Positions 9,757-18,079 of a DNA stretch of 38,295 bases are shown here, one piece after another (the stretch's first letter is position 1; every line of letters starts with the position of its first letter). Source of the DNA: Saprospiraceae bacterium (lineage in GTDB: Bacteria > Bacteroidota > Bacteroidia > Flavobacteriales_C > GCA-002722245); assembly GCA_047631875.1 (NCBI GenBank), contig JBLIAZ010000002.1, positions 1-38,295 of the forward strand. The letters are read 5' to 3'. The notes under the pieces are model-generated. The model was not told where the DNA came from. It did not search any database and saw only the letters and a program-made list of their open reading frames with translations. Position numbers and translations under genes: made by a program.

Positions 9757-10476
9757 ATGAAGAAGGTTTTCCTGTTAATTATTCTGATAATTTTTATATT
9801 ATCCTGCAGTAAGGATGAAGAAAATGGAGAGGTGGACATAAGTGTTTTATCAAGTAAATTCAACACAGCAAACACTACTTTTACCATAAATGACGAAGAA
9901 ATTGTAATTACTTCCAAAGGTGTTCCGAATCACGAAAGCGCTTATTACGAAACATCAAATCCTTTGTACGCAAACTACACTTGGTCAGCATTTAAAAAGA
10001 ATCCCAACTCCATTGCAGAGCAAAACATGACAATGACTATTCCGCGTTATCCGTTGGTGGCAAGCAACCATGAATCCACACCATTGGGAGCAATGGGTAT
10101 TGCAGTAAACAGCGTTTCACTATACAACCAATATGCGGCACCAGGAGACGACTTGGAGGATGAAATTGAAACCTTTGATCAATGGGCAGGTCACCCGCAA
10201 AACCAAGGACAATATCATTATCATTTGGAAGCTTCATATTTATCCCAACAAAATGGCAATGAAGCTTTAGTAGGAATATTAATGGATGGTTTCCCAATTT
10301 ACGGAACACATGAAAATGGACAACAAGTCACCAATGCTGACTTGGACGAATACCATGGACACACGAGCTCAACAGCTGATTTCCCAGATGGAATCTATCA
10401 TTACCATGTCACATCTGAAGATCCATACATGAATGGAAATGGATATTATGGAACAGCGGGGACCCTTACTAACTAG
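9757..10476 (+). CDS. YHYH-domain lipoprotein
   Basis: 239 aa. Lipobox FILSCSKDE. Two YHYH motifs (GQYHYHLEAS, GIYHYHVTSE) and a further His cluster (EYHGHTSS). Confidence 0.8.
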   Translation: MKKVFLLIILIIFILSCSKDEENGEVDISVLSSKFNTANTTFTINDEEIVITSKGVPNHESAYYETSNPLYANYTWSAFKKNPNSIAEQNMTMTIPRYPLVASNHESTPLGAMGIAVNSVSLYNQYAAPGDDLEDEIETFDQWAGHPQNQGQYHYHLEASYLSQQNGNEALVGILMDGFPIYGTHENGQQVTNADLDEYHGHTSSTADFPDGIYHYHVTSEDPYMNGNGYYGTAGTLTN

Positions 10477-10492
10477 CATAGTTGGTATTTGC

Positions 10493-11062
10493 ATGAAGGT
10501 TTCTTTTTCTATTTTCTTAATCACCTTGTTAGTTTCTTGCACCAGTAATAAAACTGAAATGCTCGAATTTACTTTTCAGGAAAGCGAATTTGAACATATC
10601 AACAACCTTTTGAATCGCAACAACAAACCATTTACAGGAATGTTGGTAGCATATTTTAACGAATCTTTGATAAAAAGTAAGCGTCCGTATGTGCAAGGTC
10701 TTTTAAATGGACAAGATTTTTTTTGGTATCCTAATGGTCAACTTGCCACTTCACGACATTATACAAATGGGATAAAAACTGGTACACACAAGGGTTGGTG
10801 GAATGATGGTCAACTTAAATTCATTTACCCCATTAACAACCAAGGACAATATGAAGGTGAAGTAAGGGAATGGTACAAGTCAGGTCAGCAGTACAAGTCC
10901 TTTTATTTTGAAAAAGGGAAGGAATCAGGTAGTCAAAAACTTTGGAAGTCAGACGGGAGAATCAAAGCTAATTACGTCATTAAGAACGGTCATAAGTATG
11001 GTTTGATTGGGTTGAAACGCTGTTATACTGTAAGAAGTGACAGTTCTAAAATGGAAAAATGA
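10493..11062 (+). CDS. MORN-repeat-variant (YwqK-like) lipoprotein
   Basis: The ATG at 10493 gives MKVSFSIFLITLLVSCTSNK, a lipoprotein signal. Repeats of the W(Y/W).nGql...y.nG...G type are present. The track start at 10433 would overlap the upstream gene. Confidence 0.75.
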   Translation: MKVSFSIFLITLLVSCTSNKTEMLEFTFQESEFEHINNLLNRNNKPFTGMLVAYFNESLIKSKRPYVQGLLNGQDFFWYPNGQLATSRHYTNGIKTGTHKGWWNDGQLKFIYPINNQGQYEGEVREWYKSGQQYKSFYFEKGKESGSQKLWKSDGRIKANYVIKNGHKYGLIGLKRCYTVRSDSSKMEK

Positions 11063-11706
11063 GAAGACAAATATACTTTCTTGTAATCGTATTCTTAGTG
11101 ATTTCTTGCGGCGGTTTAGAGAGCAAGAAAGAACTAGACGAACTTCCATTTTTTAATTCAGCATCTTTTACTCCGGAATGGATTCAAGAAAATGAACAAA
11201 AACACGACAGCATTCATGTCATTGCTAATTTTAGTTTGATAAATCAAGATGGTAAAATTGTTAACAACGAAACCTTTAATGGACATGTTTACGTTGCTAA
11301 TTTCTTTTTTACCACTTGTCCAGGATTATGCCCAAGGTTAAGCTCCAGCATGAAAATGCTTCAAGACAGTTTAATGACTGAAGATGTGTTGTTGGTTTCA
11401 CATACTGTCATGCCATCACATGATTCTGTTGGCGTTTTACTACTGTATGCAGAAAGTAAAGAGGTTGTTTCAGGAAAATGGCATTTACTTACTGGTGACA
11501 AAGAAAAAATATATAAACTTGCCAGGGAAAGCTACTTTGCGGATGAAGACTTTGAAAAAACTCAAAAAGCGTCTGGCTTTATTCACACTGAAAACATTTT
11601 ACTTGTTGATTCAAAAGGAAGAATTCGTGGTGTATACAATGGTACATTACAATTAGAAATGCTTCGCTTGCTTGAGCACATTAAAATCCTTCAAAAGGAA
11701 ACGTAA
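11059..11706 (+). CDS. SCO1/SenC-family thioredoxin-like copper chaperone lipoprotein
   Basis: 215 aa. Lipobox VISCGG, a CPGLC (CxxxC) motif and a downstream conserved His (FIHTENILLVD). Its start overlaps the stop of the previous gene (ATGA). Confidence 0.85.
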   Translation: MRRQIYFLVIVFLVISCGGLESKKELDELPFFNSASFTPEWIQENEQKHDSIHVIANFSLINQDGKIVNNETFNGHVYVANFFFTTCPGLCPRLSSSMKMLQDSLMTEDVLLVSHTVMPSHDSVGVLLLYAESKEVVSGKWHLLTGDKEKIYKLARESYFADEDFEKTQKASGFIHTENILLVDSKGRIRGVYNGTLQLEMLRLLEHIKILQKET

Positions 11707-11725
11707 TGACCTGAGTTTTATTAAT

Positions 11726-11733
11726 TACATTTG
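11726..11733 (+). promoter_or_regulatory. -7 box TACATTTG upstream of purK
   Basis: Matches TAnnTTTG. It ends 18 nt before the purK ATG. Confidence 0.35.
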
Positions 11734-11751
11734 TGACTAATAAAAACCTAG

Positions 11752-12891
11752 ATGGGAAACTTCAATAATCGTGTTAAAATTGCAGTGGTAGGAGGAGGGC
11801 AACTGGGGAGAATGCTGCAACAAAAAGCTTATTCTTACGGCTTAGATTTAGCATTTTTGGATCCTGACAGGCATGCTCCAAGCAGCAATTTAAGCAGTTG
11901 GTTTTATAAAGGATCGCTACAAGATGAGGAATTGGTTTATGATTTAGGTAAAAACCGAGACATCATTACCATCGAGATTGAGAACGTCAATACAAAGGCT
12001 TTAAAGCGGTTGGAAAAGGAGGGTAAAAAAGTATTCCCTCAACCTCATATCATTGAATTGATTCAAGATAAAGGACTTCAAAAGCAGTTTTTCATTGACA
12101 ACAACATTCCAACTTCTACTTTTTACTTGCTTGATGGAAAGCACGAATTGCCTTTGTTTAAGGATGAGCTTCCATTCATGCAAAAAATGAGAAAAGGAGG
12201 CTACGACGGAAAAGGTGTAGTGGCAATTAAATCAGAAGCCGATTTTGACAAAGGTTTTGAAGTGCCGAGCATCTTAGAAAAATTCATTGATTTTAAAAAG
12301 GAGTTATCTGTTATAGTAGCAAGGAATGAAAGCGGAGAGGTGAAATGCTTTCCTTGTGTAGAGCAAGAGTTCAGTGAGGAGGCAAACCTCGTGGAGTTTC
12401 TCTTTTCACCAGCTATTATTAGCCCTGAAATAGAAAAAAGAGCCATAGAAATTGCTGAGAATATCATTTCTAAATTAGAAATGGTGGGTATCTTAGCTGT
12501 TGAATTATTTTTGACCCAGGATGATGAATTACTAGTCAATGAAATTGCACCAAGACCGCATAACAGTGGACATCAAACCATTGAAGGAAATACAGAATCG
12601 CAATACGGACAGTTGCTTAGGTGCTTGTTGAATATGCCCTTAGGAGATACCTCCATTGTCAAGCCATCAGTGATGGTTAATTTATTAGGAGAAAAGGGAT
12701 TTGAAGGAAGTGTCATTTACGAAGGAATGGATGAAATACTTAGTCTGAAGGGAGTGTATGTTCATTTGTACGGCAAAAAGATTACGAAACCTTTTAGGAA
12801 AATGGGGCACATCACCATCACAGCTGACACGATAGAGGAAGCAAAAGAAATTGCAATAAAAGTTAAAAACACCATAAAAGTCAAAGCATGA
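11752..12891 (+). CDS. purK: 5-(carboxyamino)imidazole ribonucleotide synthase
   Basis: 379 aa. ATP-grasp protein with a PurK-like N-terminus (VGGGQLGRM), the [12 protein letters not shown] motif and a GHIT tail. Confidence 0.92.
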   Translation: MGNFNNRVKIAVVGGGQLGRMLQQKAYSYGLDLAFLDPDRHAPSSNLSSWFYKGSLQDEELVYDLGKNRDIITIEIENVNTKALKRLEKEGKKVFPQPHIIELIQDKGLQKQFFIDNNIPTSTFYLLDGKHELPLFKDELPFMQKMRKGGYDGKGVVAIKSEADFDKGFEVPSILEKFIDFKKELSVIVARNESGEVKCFPCVEQEFSEEANLVEFLFSPAIISPEIEKRAIEIAENIISKLEMVGILAVELFLTQDDELLVNEIAPRPHNSGHQTIEGNTESQYGQLLRCLLNMPLGDTSIVKPSVMVNLLGEKGFEGSVIYEGMDEILSLKGVYVHLYGKKITKPFRKMGHITITADTIEEAKEIAIKVKNTIKVKA

Positions 12892-13418
12892 GCATTGAAT
12901 TAAACACACCCCTAGTGGGAATTATCATGGGCAGTAAAAGCGACTTACCAATCATGGAAGAAGCGGCAAAAATATTGGACGAATTACAAGTCCCTTTTGA
13001 AATCACAGTAGTATCGGCGCACAGGACACCAGAAAGAATGGTAGAATACGCCAAACAAGCAAGTAGCCGTGGTATAAAAACCATCATTGCTGGAGCTGGA
13101 GGAGCAGCACATTTACCTGGAATGGTAGCAGCTCTAACACATTTACCTGTGATAGGAGTTCCTGTAAAATCAAGCAATTCAATTGATGGTTGGGATTCAA
13201 TACTTTCCATACTTCAAATGCCAGGAGGTGTGCCAGTAGCAACTGTAGCCCTAAACGGAGCAAAAAATGCTGGATTATTAGCTGCGCAAATTGTCGGAAC
13301 TTCAGACTTAAATTTATCAAACAGATTGATAGCGTACAAAGAAGGTTTGAAATCGAGTGTACTAGAAAGTAAAAAAGCAGTAGAAGCCGTTTCCTTTAAA
13401 ATGAACACAAGTAAATAA
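12888..13418 (+). CDS. purE: 5-(carboxyamino)imidazole ribonucleotide mutase
   Basis: 176 aa. Motifs [17 protein letters not shown] and [10 protein letters not shown]. It overlaps purK by 4 nt. Confidence 0.93.
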   Translation: MSIELNTPLVGIIMGSKSDLPIMEEAAKILDELQVPFEITVVSAHRTPERMVEYAKQASSRGIKTIIAGAGGAAHLPGMVAALTHLPVIGVPVKSSNSIDGWDSILSILQMPGGVPVATVALNGAKNAGLLAAQIVGTSDLNLSNRLIAYKEGLKSSVLESKKAVEAVSFKMNTSK

Positions 13419-13425
13419 GTAAGCA

Positions 13426-14256
13426 ATGGATGAATTACTAAAAAAGATTGATTTGAATGAAATGGCCTCCTTATTAGGGGAGCTCATCATTACCTATGGA
13501 ACAAACTTGATAGGTGCAATCGTTGTTTTAGCAATAGGATTATGGGTCATCAAGTTGATTACCAAAGGAGTAGGTGTTGTTCTGGACAAAAAGGAAGTTG
13601 ATCCTTCCATTACAAGTTTTATAAAAAGCTTTTTAAACATAGCCTTAAAAGCCATGTTGTTCATTTCAGTGCTCACAAAAATTGGGGTTGAAATGACATC
13701 CTTTGTTGCCTTGATTGGTGCAGCAGGATTGGCTATAGGTATGGCACTATCAGGAACGTTGCAAAATTTTGCCGGAGGAGTCATGATTTTGTTGTTCAAG
13801 CCGTTTAAAGTTGGTGATTTTATTGATGCGCAAGGTCATAAAGGAACGGTAAGTGAGATTAAAATATTCAATACCATTTTAAAAACGCCTGACAACCAAG
13901 TGATTATTATTCCGAACGGAGGTTTGTCAACAAGTTCCATGGTGAACATTACTACTGAAAAAACAAGGAGAGTAGAGTGGAATTTTGGAATTGCCTACGG
14001 TGACAGTTACCACGCAGCCAAAGAATTGCTCTTAAAACTAATCAAGGCAGACCACAGGGTATTGTCTGACCCAGAGCCATTCATCGCTTTAAGTGAGTTA
14101 GGTGACAACGCCATTAACATAGTGGTTCGAGTGTGGGTGCAAAAGGAAAATTTTGGGGGTGTGCTTTTTGGAATGAATGAAAAGGTATATGTTGAATTCC
14201 CAAAAGCTGGATTAAGTTTCCCGTATCCTCAAATGGATGTTCACATTCAAAAATAA
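13426..14256 (+). CDS. Small-conductance mechanosensitive channel (MscS family)
   Basis: 276 aa. Three N-terminal TM helices followed by the MscS beta-domain motifs FKVGDFI, GTV..I.I..T and PNG. Confidence 0.85.
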   Translation: MDELLKKIDLNEMASLLGELIITYGTNLIGAIVVLAIGLWVIKLITKGVGVVLDKKEVDPSITSFIKSFLNIALKAMLFISVLTKIGVEMTSFVALIGAAGLAIGMALSGTLQNFAGGVMILLFKPFKVGDFIDAQGHKGTVSEIKIFNTILKTPDNQVIIIPNGGLSTSSMVNITTEKTRRVEWNFGIAYGDSYHAAKELLLKLIKADHRVLSDPEPFIALSELGDNAINIVVRVWVQKENFGGVLFGMNEKVYVEFPKAGLSFPYPQMDVHIQK

Positions 14257-14268
14257 TAGGTTGTAAGG

Positions 14269-14883
14269 ATGTCAGTTACGCTAATCATTATCATATTCAC
14301 TGCTTTTATTACCTTCTCAGCATTCAAGGATCATGCTTTACGAAGCAAACTAATTTTCCATCCCTATACTGTATATGGCAAAAAAGAATGGTTTCGATTA
14401 ATCAGTCATGGTTTTATTCATGCTGATAACAGTCATGCATTTTTTAACCTGTTCGCGCTTTGGATGTTTGGGACCAATGTAGAAGCTTATTTCGGTCAAT
14501 ATTTTGGTGGGAAAGCCACACTGTACTTTATTATTTTGTATGTCGGAGGTATTGTTGCAGCCTCTCTGATAAGTTTAGAGAAACACAAAAACAATCCATC
14601 CTACAGCGCACTAGGAGCATCAGGTGCAGTGTCCGCAGTTGTTTTCTCCGCAATTGTCATGGAACCTAAAATGCAAATGGGTCTGATCTTTTTCCCTGTC
14701 ATGATTGACGGCTGGATCTTTGGACTTTTATACCTAGCATACTCTACGTACATGTCAAAAAAAGCAACAGACAACATAGGACATGACGCTCACATCTGGG
14801 GAGCAGTTTTTGGTTTCCTAATTACTATAGCTTTCCGACCTGAATTTTTAACGGAGTTTTTGGATCAAATAAAAATATTTTAA
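14269..14883 (+). CDS. Rhomboid-family intramembrane serine protease
   Basis: 204 aa polytopic protein. Catalytic Ser lies in GASGAV and catalytic His in HIWGAVFG. Confidence 0.8.
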   Translation: MSVTLIIIIFTAFITFSAFKDHALRSKLIFHPYTVYGKKEWFRLISHGFIHADNSHAFFNLFALWMFGTNVEAYFGQYFGGKATLYFIILYVGGIVAASLISLEKHKNNPSYSALGASGAVSAVVFSAIVMEPKMQMGLIFFPVMIDGWIFGLLYLAYSTYMSKKATDNIGHDAHIWGAVFGFLITIAFRPEFLTEFLDQIKIF

Positions 14884-15365
14884 TGAACAAAGCAGTTTTT
14901 CTTGATAGAGACGGTGTCATCAATTATGATCCCGACGAGTACACCTACAAATTAGAAGAAACTCATATACTTGATGGTATTCTTTCTTTCGCAAAACAGC
15001 TAAAGCAAAAAGGTTATTTAATCATTGTGATTACCAACCAAGGGGGTATTGACAAACAAGTATATGGCTTTGATGCTGTGGAAGCGATTCATGAATTCAT
15101 CCATGGTGAATTTTTAAAAGAAGGAGTTGAAATTACCGACTACTATTACTGTCCTCATCACAGTAATTTGCAAAAATGCATGTGCCGAAAACCAGACTCT
15201 TTGATGATAGAACGAGCCATGTACAAATATGACATCGACCCCAAACAATCCTATTTCATAGGCGACAAATGGAGAGATGTTGAGTGTGGAGAAAAAGCTG
15301 GAGTTACAGGAATTAAAATTGATGTGAACATCATCACTAAGAAATTAATTGATCAAATTGCGTAA
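14883..15365 (+). CDS. HAD-IIIA hydrolase, D,D-heptose 1,7-bisphosphate phosphatase (GmhB)-like
   Basis: 160 aa. FLDRDGVIN nucleophile motif, a CPHH...CMCRKP zinc-loop motif, and GDKWRD. Confidence 0.78.
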   Translation: MNKAVFLDRDGVINYDPDEYTYKLEETHILDGILSFAKQLKQKGYLIIVITNQGGIDKQVYGFDAVEAIHEFIHGEFLKEGVEITDYYYCPHHSNLQKCMCRKPDSLMIERAMYKYDIDPKQSYFIGDKWRDVECGEKAGVTGIKIDVNIITKKLIDQIA

Positions 15366-15377
15366 TAATAATGTAAC

Positions 15378-16202
15378 ATGAACGAATTTGACAACGTCAA
15401 TGGATTTTTAATTGAAAAGGGAGAAAAACTTTTCAATACAGGAAACCGCTCTTTCAAATATGGCGATGGTATTTTTGAAACCATGAAAGTGGTGGATAGT
15501 AAAGTCTTGTTTTTAGACGATCATTTACAGCGTTTGCAATTGGGAATGAGGTTGTTAAAGATTGATAATGATAGTTTTGATGCAAAAAAATGGGGCCGAG
15601 AAATTGAACGAGTTATTCTTAAAAATCGCTACACCTTTGCCAAGTTAAGGATGACAATATACAGAGAGTCACCAGGTTTGTATACCCCTATGGCTAATGA
15701 CATGGGTTTTATCATTGAAGGTGTCAGCTACGATCGTAAAAATTACACATTCAAAAGTGAAGGCATATCTTTAGGTGTTTTTGACGAATTACATAAACCT
15801 GTCGATAAAATTGCTAACTGCAAAACAACTTCTGCATTGGTGTACGTAATGGCTTCATTGTATAAAAAAGAACAACAATTGGGTGATGTAGTAGTGCTTA
15901 ATTCTAAAGGAGCTGTGTGCGAATCAAGCAATGCTAACTTGTTTTACGTCAAGGATGATCAAGTGTTCACGCCCTCGCTAGATCAAGGTTGTATAGCTGG
16001 GGTGTTCAGGATGCAAGTAATTAACTACTGTGAAAAAAAAAATGTTGTATTAGAAGAACTGAAAGTGAGTATACAGGATTTGTTGGATGCCGACGAGATT
16101 TTCTTAACGAACGTCATTGGAGGAGTGCAAGGAGTGAGTGATTTTCAAAATGTAGGTAAATCGCAAGATTTTGTGAAACAATTGCAAAGTTTTTTTAATT
16201 AA
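15378..16202 (+). CDS. Class IV aminotransferase-fold protein (aminodeoxychorismate lyase-like)
   Basis: 274 aa. Class IV pattern (GDGIFET, RL..., catalytic-Lys context NCKTTS, GVFR). Confidence 0.72.
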   Translation: MNEFDNVNGFLIEKGEKLFNTGNRSFKYGDGIFETMKVVDSKVLFLDDHLQRLQLGMRLLKIDNDSFDAKKWGREIERVILKNRYTFAKLRMTIYRESPGLYTPMANDMGFIIEGVSYDRKNYTFKSEGISLGVFDELHKPVDKIANCKTTSALVYVMASLYKKEQQLGDVVVLNSKGAVCESSNANLFYVKDDQVFTPSLDQGCIAGVFRMQVINYCEKKNVVLEELKVSIQDLLDADEIFLTNVIGGVQGVSDFQNVGKSQDFVKQLQSFFN

Positions 16203-16337
16203 ATCTTGCATGAAATATTTTGCTAACCCCTTTCGTTTTAAGTACATAGTAGACGAAACTCGATTAGTTATTCACCAACGTTAATAAAAAGTCAAAATAA
16301 TCCTGCCCAAGGAGTTTTTATAACCCTTTATTTGATA

Positions 16338-16345
16338 TACTTTTG
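16338..16345 (+). promoter_or_regulatory. -7 box TACTTTTG upstream of the helicase gene
   Basis: Matches TAnnTTTG. It ends 18 nt before the ATG at 16364. Confidence 0.35.
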
Positions 16346-16363
16346 TTACCTATTTTTTAAACG

Positions 16364-17908
16364 ATGTCAACCGAAAACAAGCCAGCCCTTCATGAGAAAT
16401 ACGCTATTAAAAAGCTGTATCCTTATCAAGAAAATTCTTTAGAAAAAATATTTTCAGCATTGGATGAGAATGGTGTAAACACCAACTTGTTATTTCAATT
16501 GCCAACAGGAGGAGGGAAAACCATTATCTTTTCCCACGTAGCCGAGCAATTCGTTAAAAAAACGGGGAAAAAAGTATTGATTCTTACTCATAGGATTGAA
16601 CTTTTAGTTCAAACCTCGGAATGTTTAAAAGGCATTGGGTTAGACAACGTAGTAATTAACTCCGAAGTCAAAGAAGTTGCTGATCAAGACGATTTCTCTT
16701 GTTTTATTGCCATGGTGGAAACACTTAACAACAGACTACAAGATAACGAGGATTTCTTACGTAACATTGGACTTGTAATTGTTGATGAGGCTCATAACAA
16801 CTCCTTCCGAAAAATATTTCAATATTTCGATAACGTGAACATGTTGGGTGTAACAGCTACCCCTCTTAGTTCCAATAGGAATTTACCACTGAACAAAAAT
16901 TACGATCAGTTGATCATAGGTGCTTCCATTTCAGATTTGATTACCAATACCTATTTGTGTACACCTACTACTTACAGTTACGATGTGAGCTTGGGAGGGT
17001 TAAGAGTAGGTATAAATGGTGATTTTACAGTAAGCTCCTCAGAAAAACTATACGGAGGTTTTGACATGCAAGACAAGCTTGTCGCAGCTTACCTAGAACG
17101 AGCTAAAGGAACTAAAACTTTGATTTTTAATCCTGGAATTAGGGTGAGTTGGATGGTGTACGATACATTTCGCGAGCAAGGAATTTCCAACATCAAACAC
17201 CTTGACAGTACTTGTAGTGATCAAGAAAGAAGAGACATTCTAAACTGGTTCCGTACTACTGACGGAGCAATTTTGTCTTCAGTAGGAATTTTAACCACAG
17301 GTTTTGATGAGCCAAGTGTAGAAACTATCATATTAAACAGGGCTACACGTTCATTGACACTTTACCATCAAATGGTAGGAAGAGGGTCGAGAGTGACCAA
17401 AAACAAAGAAAATTTTGGTATAATTGATTTAGGTAACAACAACCATAGGTTTGGGTTATGGGAAGAATTCATTGATTGGGCAGAGGTGTTTACAAACCCC
17501 GACAAATACTTGGATCAAAGTTATTTTGATGAAGTAGAAAAACAACGTGAATTAATATACACCTTCCCGGACGAAGTGATTGACAGGTTTCCAATGGATA
17601 CCGAAAGTTTATTCCTGGATGTAACAGATGTTTACGACGGGCTGATGGATAGGGGAGAAAGAGGAAACTTAACGGTTGACATTGCAATTAAAAATCATGT
17701 GGAACTCATTGCAAATAACTCTGACACTATGGATGGAAGTTTTGACTTAATTGAAGTACTTCAAGATTCTATCAAAAACAGGATTAAACTGTACACCAAT
17801 TGCATTACAAAATCCACTAAAAACTACATGGCTTACTTGCTCGAAACGTACAACCGAAAGCTGACCATGGGTGTGAGGAAAGCTATAAGGGAAAAGGAAG
17901 AGGATTAA
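16364..17908 (+). CDS. Superfamily-2 DEAD/DEAH-box (ResIII-type) helicase with an unassigned ~140-aa C-terminal region
   Basis: 514 aa. Motif I LPTGGGKT, motif II VDEAH, motif III TATP, motif VI QMVGRGSR. Confidence 0.85.
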   Translation: MSTENKPALHEKYAIKKLYPYQENSLEKIFSALDENGVNTNLLFQLPTGGGKTIIFSHVAEQFVKKTGKKVLILTHRIELLVQTSECLKGIGLDNVVINSEVKEVADQDDFSCFIAMVETLNNRLQDNEDFLRNIGLVIVDEAHNNSFRKIFQYFDNVNMLGVTATPLSSNRNLPLNKNYDQLIIGASISDLITNTYLCTPTTYSYDVSLGGLRVGINGDFTVSSSEKLYGGFDMQDKLVAAYLERAKGTKTLIFNPGIRVSWMVYDTFREQGISNIKHLDSTCSDQERRDILNWFRTTDGAILSSVGILTTGFDEPSVETIILNRATRSLTLYHQMVGRGSRVTKNKENFGIIDLGNNNHRFGLWEEFIDWAEVFTNPDKYLDQSYFDEVEKQRELIYTFPDEVIDRFPMDTESLFLDVTDVYDGLMDRGERGNLTVDIAIKNHVELIANNSDTMDGSFDLIEVLQDSIKNRIKLYTNCITKSTKNYMAYLLETYNRKLTMGVRKAIREKEED

Positions 17909-17998
17909 AAATCACCTTAGGACCAAATCATGGTTAAAGACAGCGGTATGTTGGTCTGATTCAAAGATTTTATTGTAAAATTACTTTTGAAATTTTGT

Positions 17999-18039
17999 GA
18001 GGAATTTGCAGCAATTAAAGATGTTAATTCCTCTTTTTT
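17999..18039 (+). terminator. Terminator-like hairpin between the helicase gene and secA (helicase terminator or secA leader attenuator)
   Basis: GAGGAATT (17999-18006) pairs perfectly with AATTCCTC (18026-18033) across a 19-nt loop, followed by TTTTTT (18034-18039). Confidence 0.5.
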
Positions 18040-18043
18040 AGGT

Positions 18044-18051
18044 TATTTTTG
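18044..18051 (+). promoter_or_regulatory. -7 box TATTTTTG proximal to secA
   Basis: Matches TAnnTTTG and ends 28 nt before the ATG at 18080. A second box, TACTTTTG, lies at 17982-17989 upstream of the hairpin. Confidence 0.3.
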
Positions 18052-18079
18052 TTGCTCAAAATTTGCACAAAAGTATACG

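Noticed and set aside
10433-10492. Extended start of the MORN protein overlapping the YHYH gene
   Set aside because: The extension overlaps the upstream CDS by 44 nt and adds non-signal residues. The ATG at 10493 begins the lipoprotein signal.
10493-11062. Reading the YwqK-like protein as the antitoxin of a toxin-antitoxin system
   Set aside because: It is an exported lipoprotein made of MORN-variant repeats, with no toxin-like neighbour. The 'antitoxin' label is an annotation carry-over.
11384-11656. 90-aa alternate-frame ORF inside the SCO1/SenC gene
   Set aside because: It is fully nested in a CDS with clear family motifs. Its translation is Lys/Leu-rich with no features.
12881-13426. 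Antisense ORFs across purE (12881-13210, 13084-13320, 13214-13426) and a +2 frame ORF at 13190-13372
   Set aside because: purE is unambiguous. Gly/Ala-rich coding sequence commonly leaves open antisense frames.
16033-16042. A10 homopolymer inside the class IV aminotransferase gene, and T8-T9 tracts at 621-629 and 27275-27282, as possible phase-variation switches
   Set aside because: They encode Lys/Phe-rich stretches in housekeeping genes of an AT-rich genome. There is no surface-antigen context and no evidence of frame disruption.
17987-18079. 31-codon in-frame extension of secA from a TTG at 17987, as a possible leader peptide or longer SecA
   Set aside because: The TTG sits within a -7 promoter box, and the extension spans the hairpin and T-tract. 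The conserved SecA N-terminus starts at the ATG at 18080.
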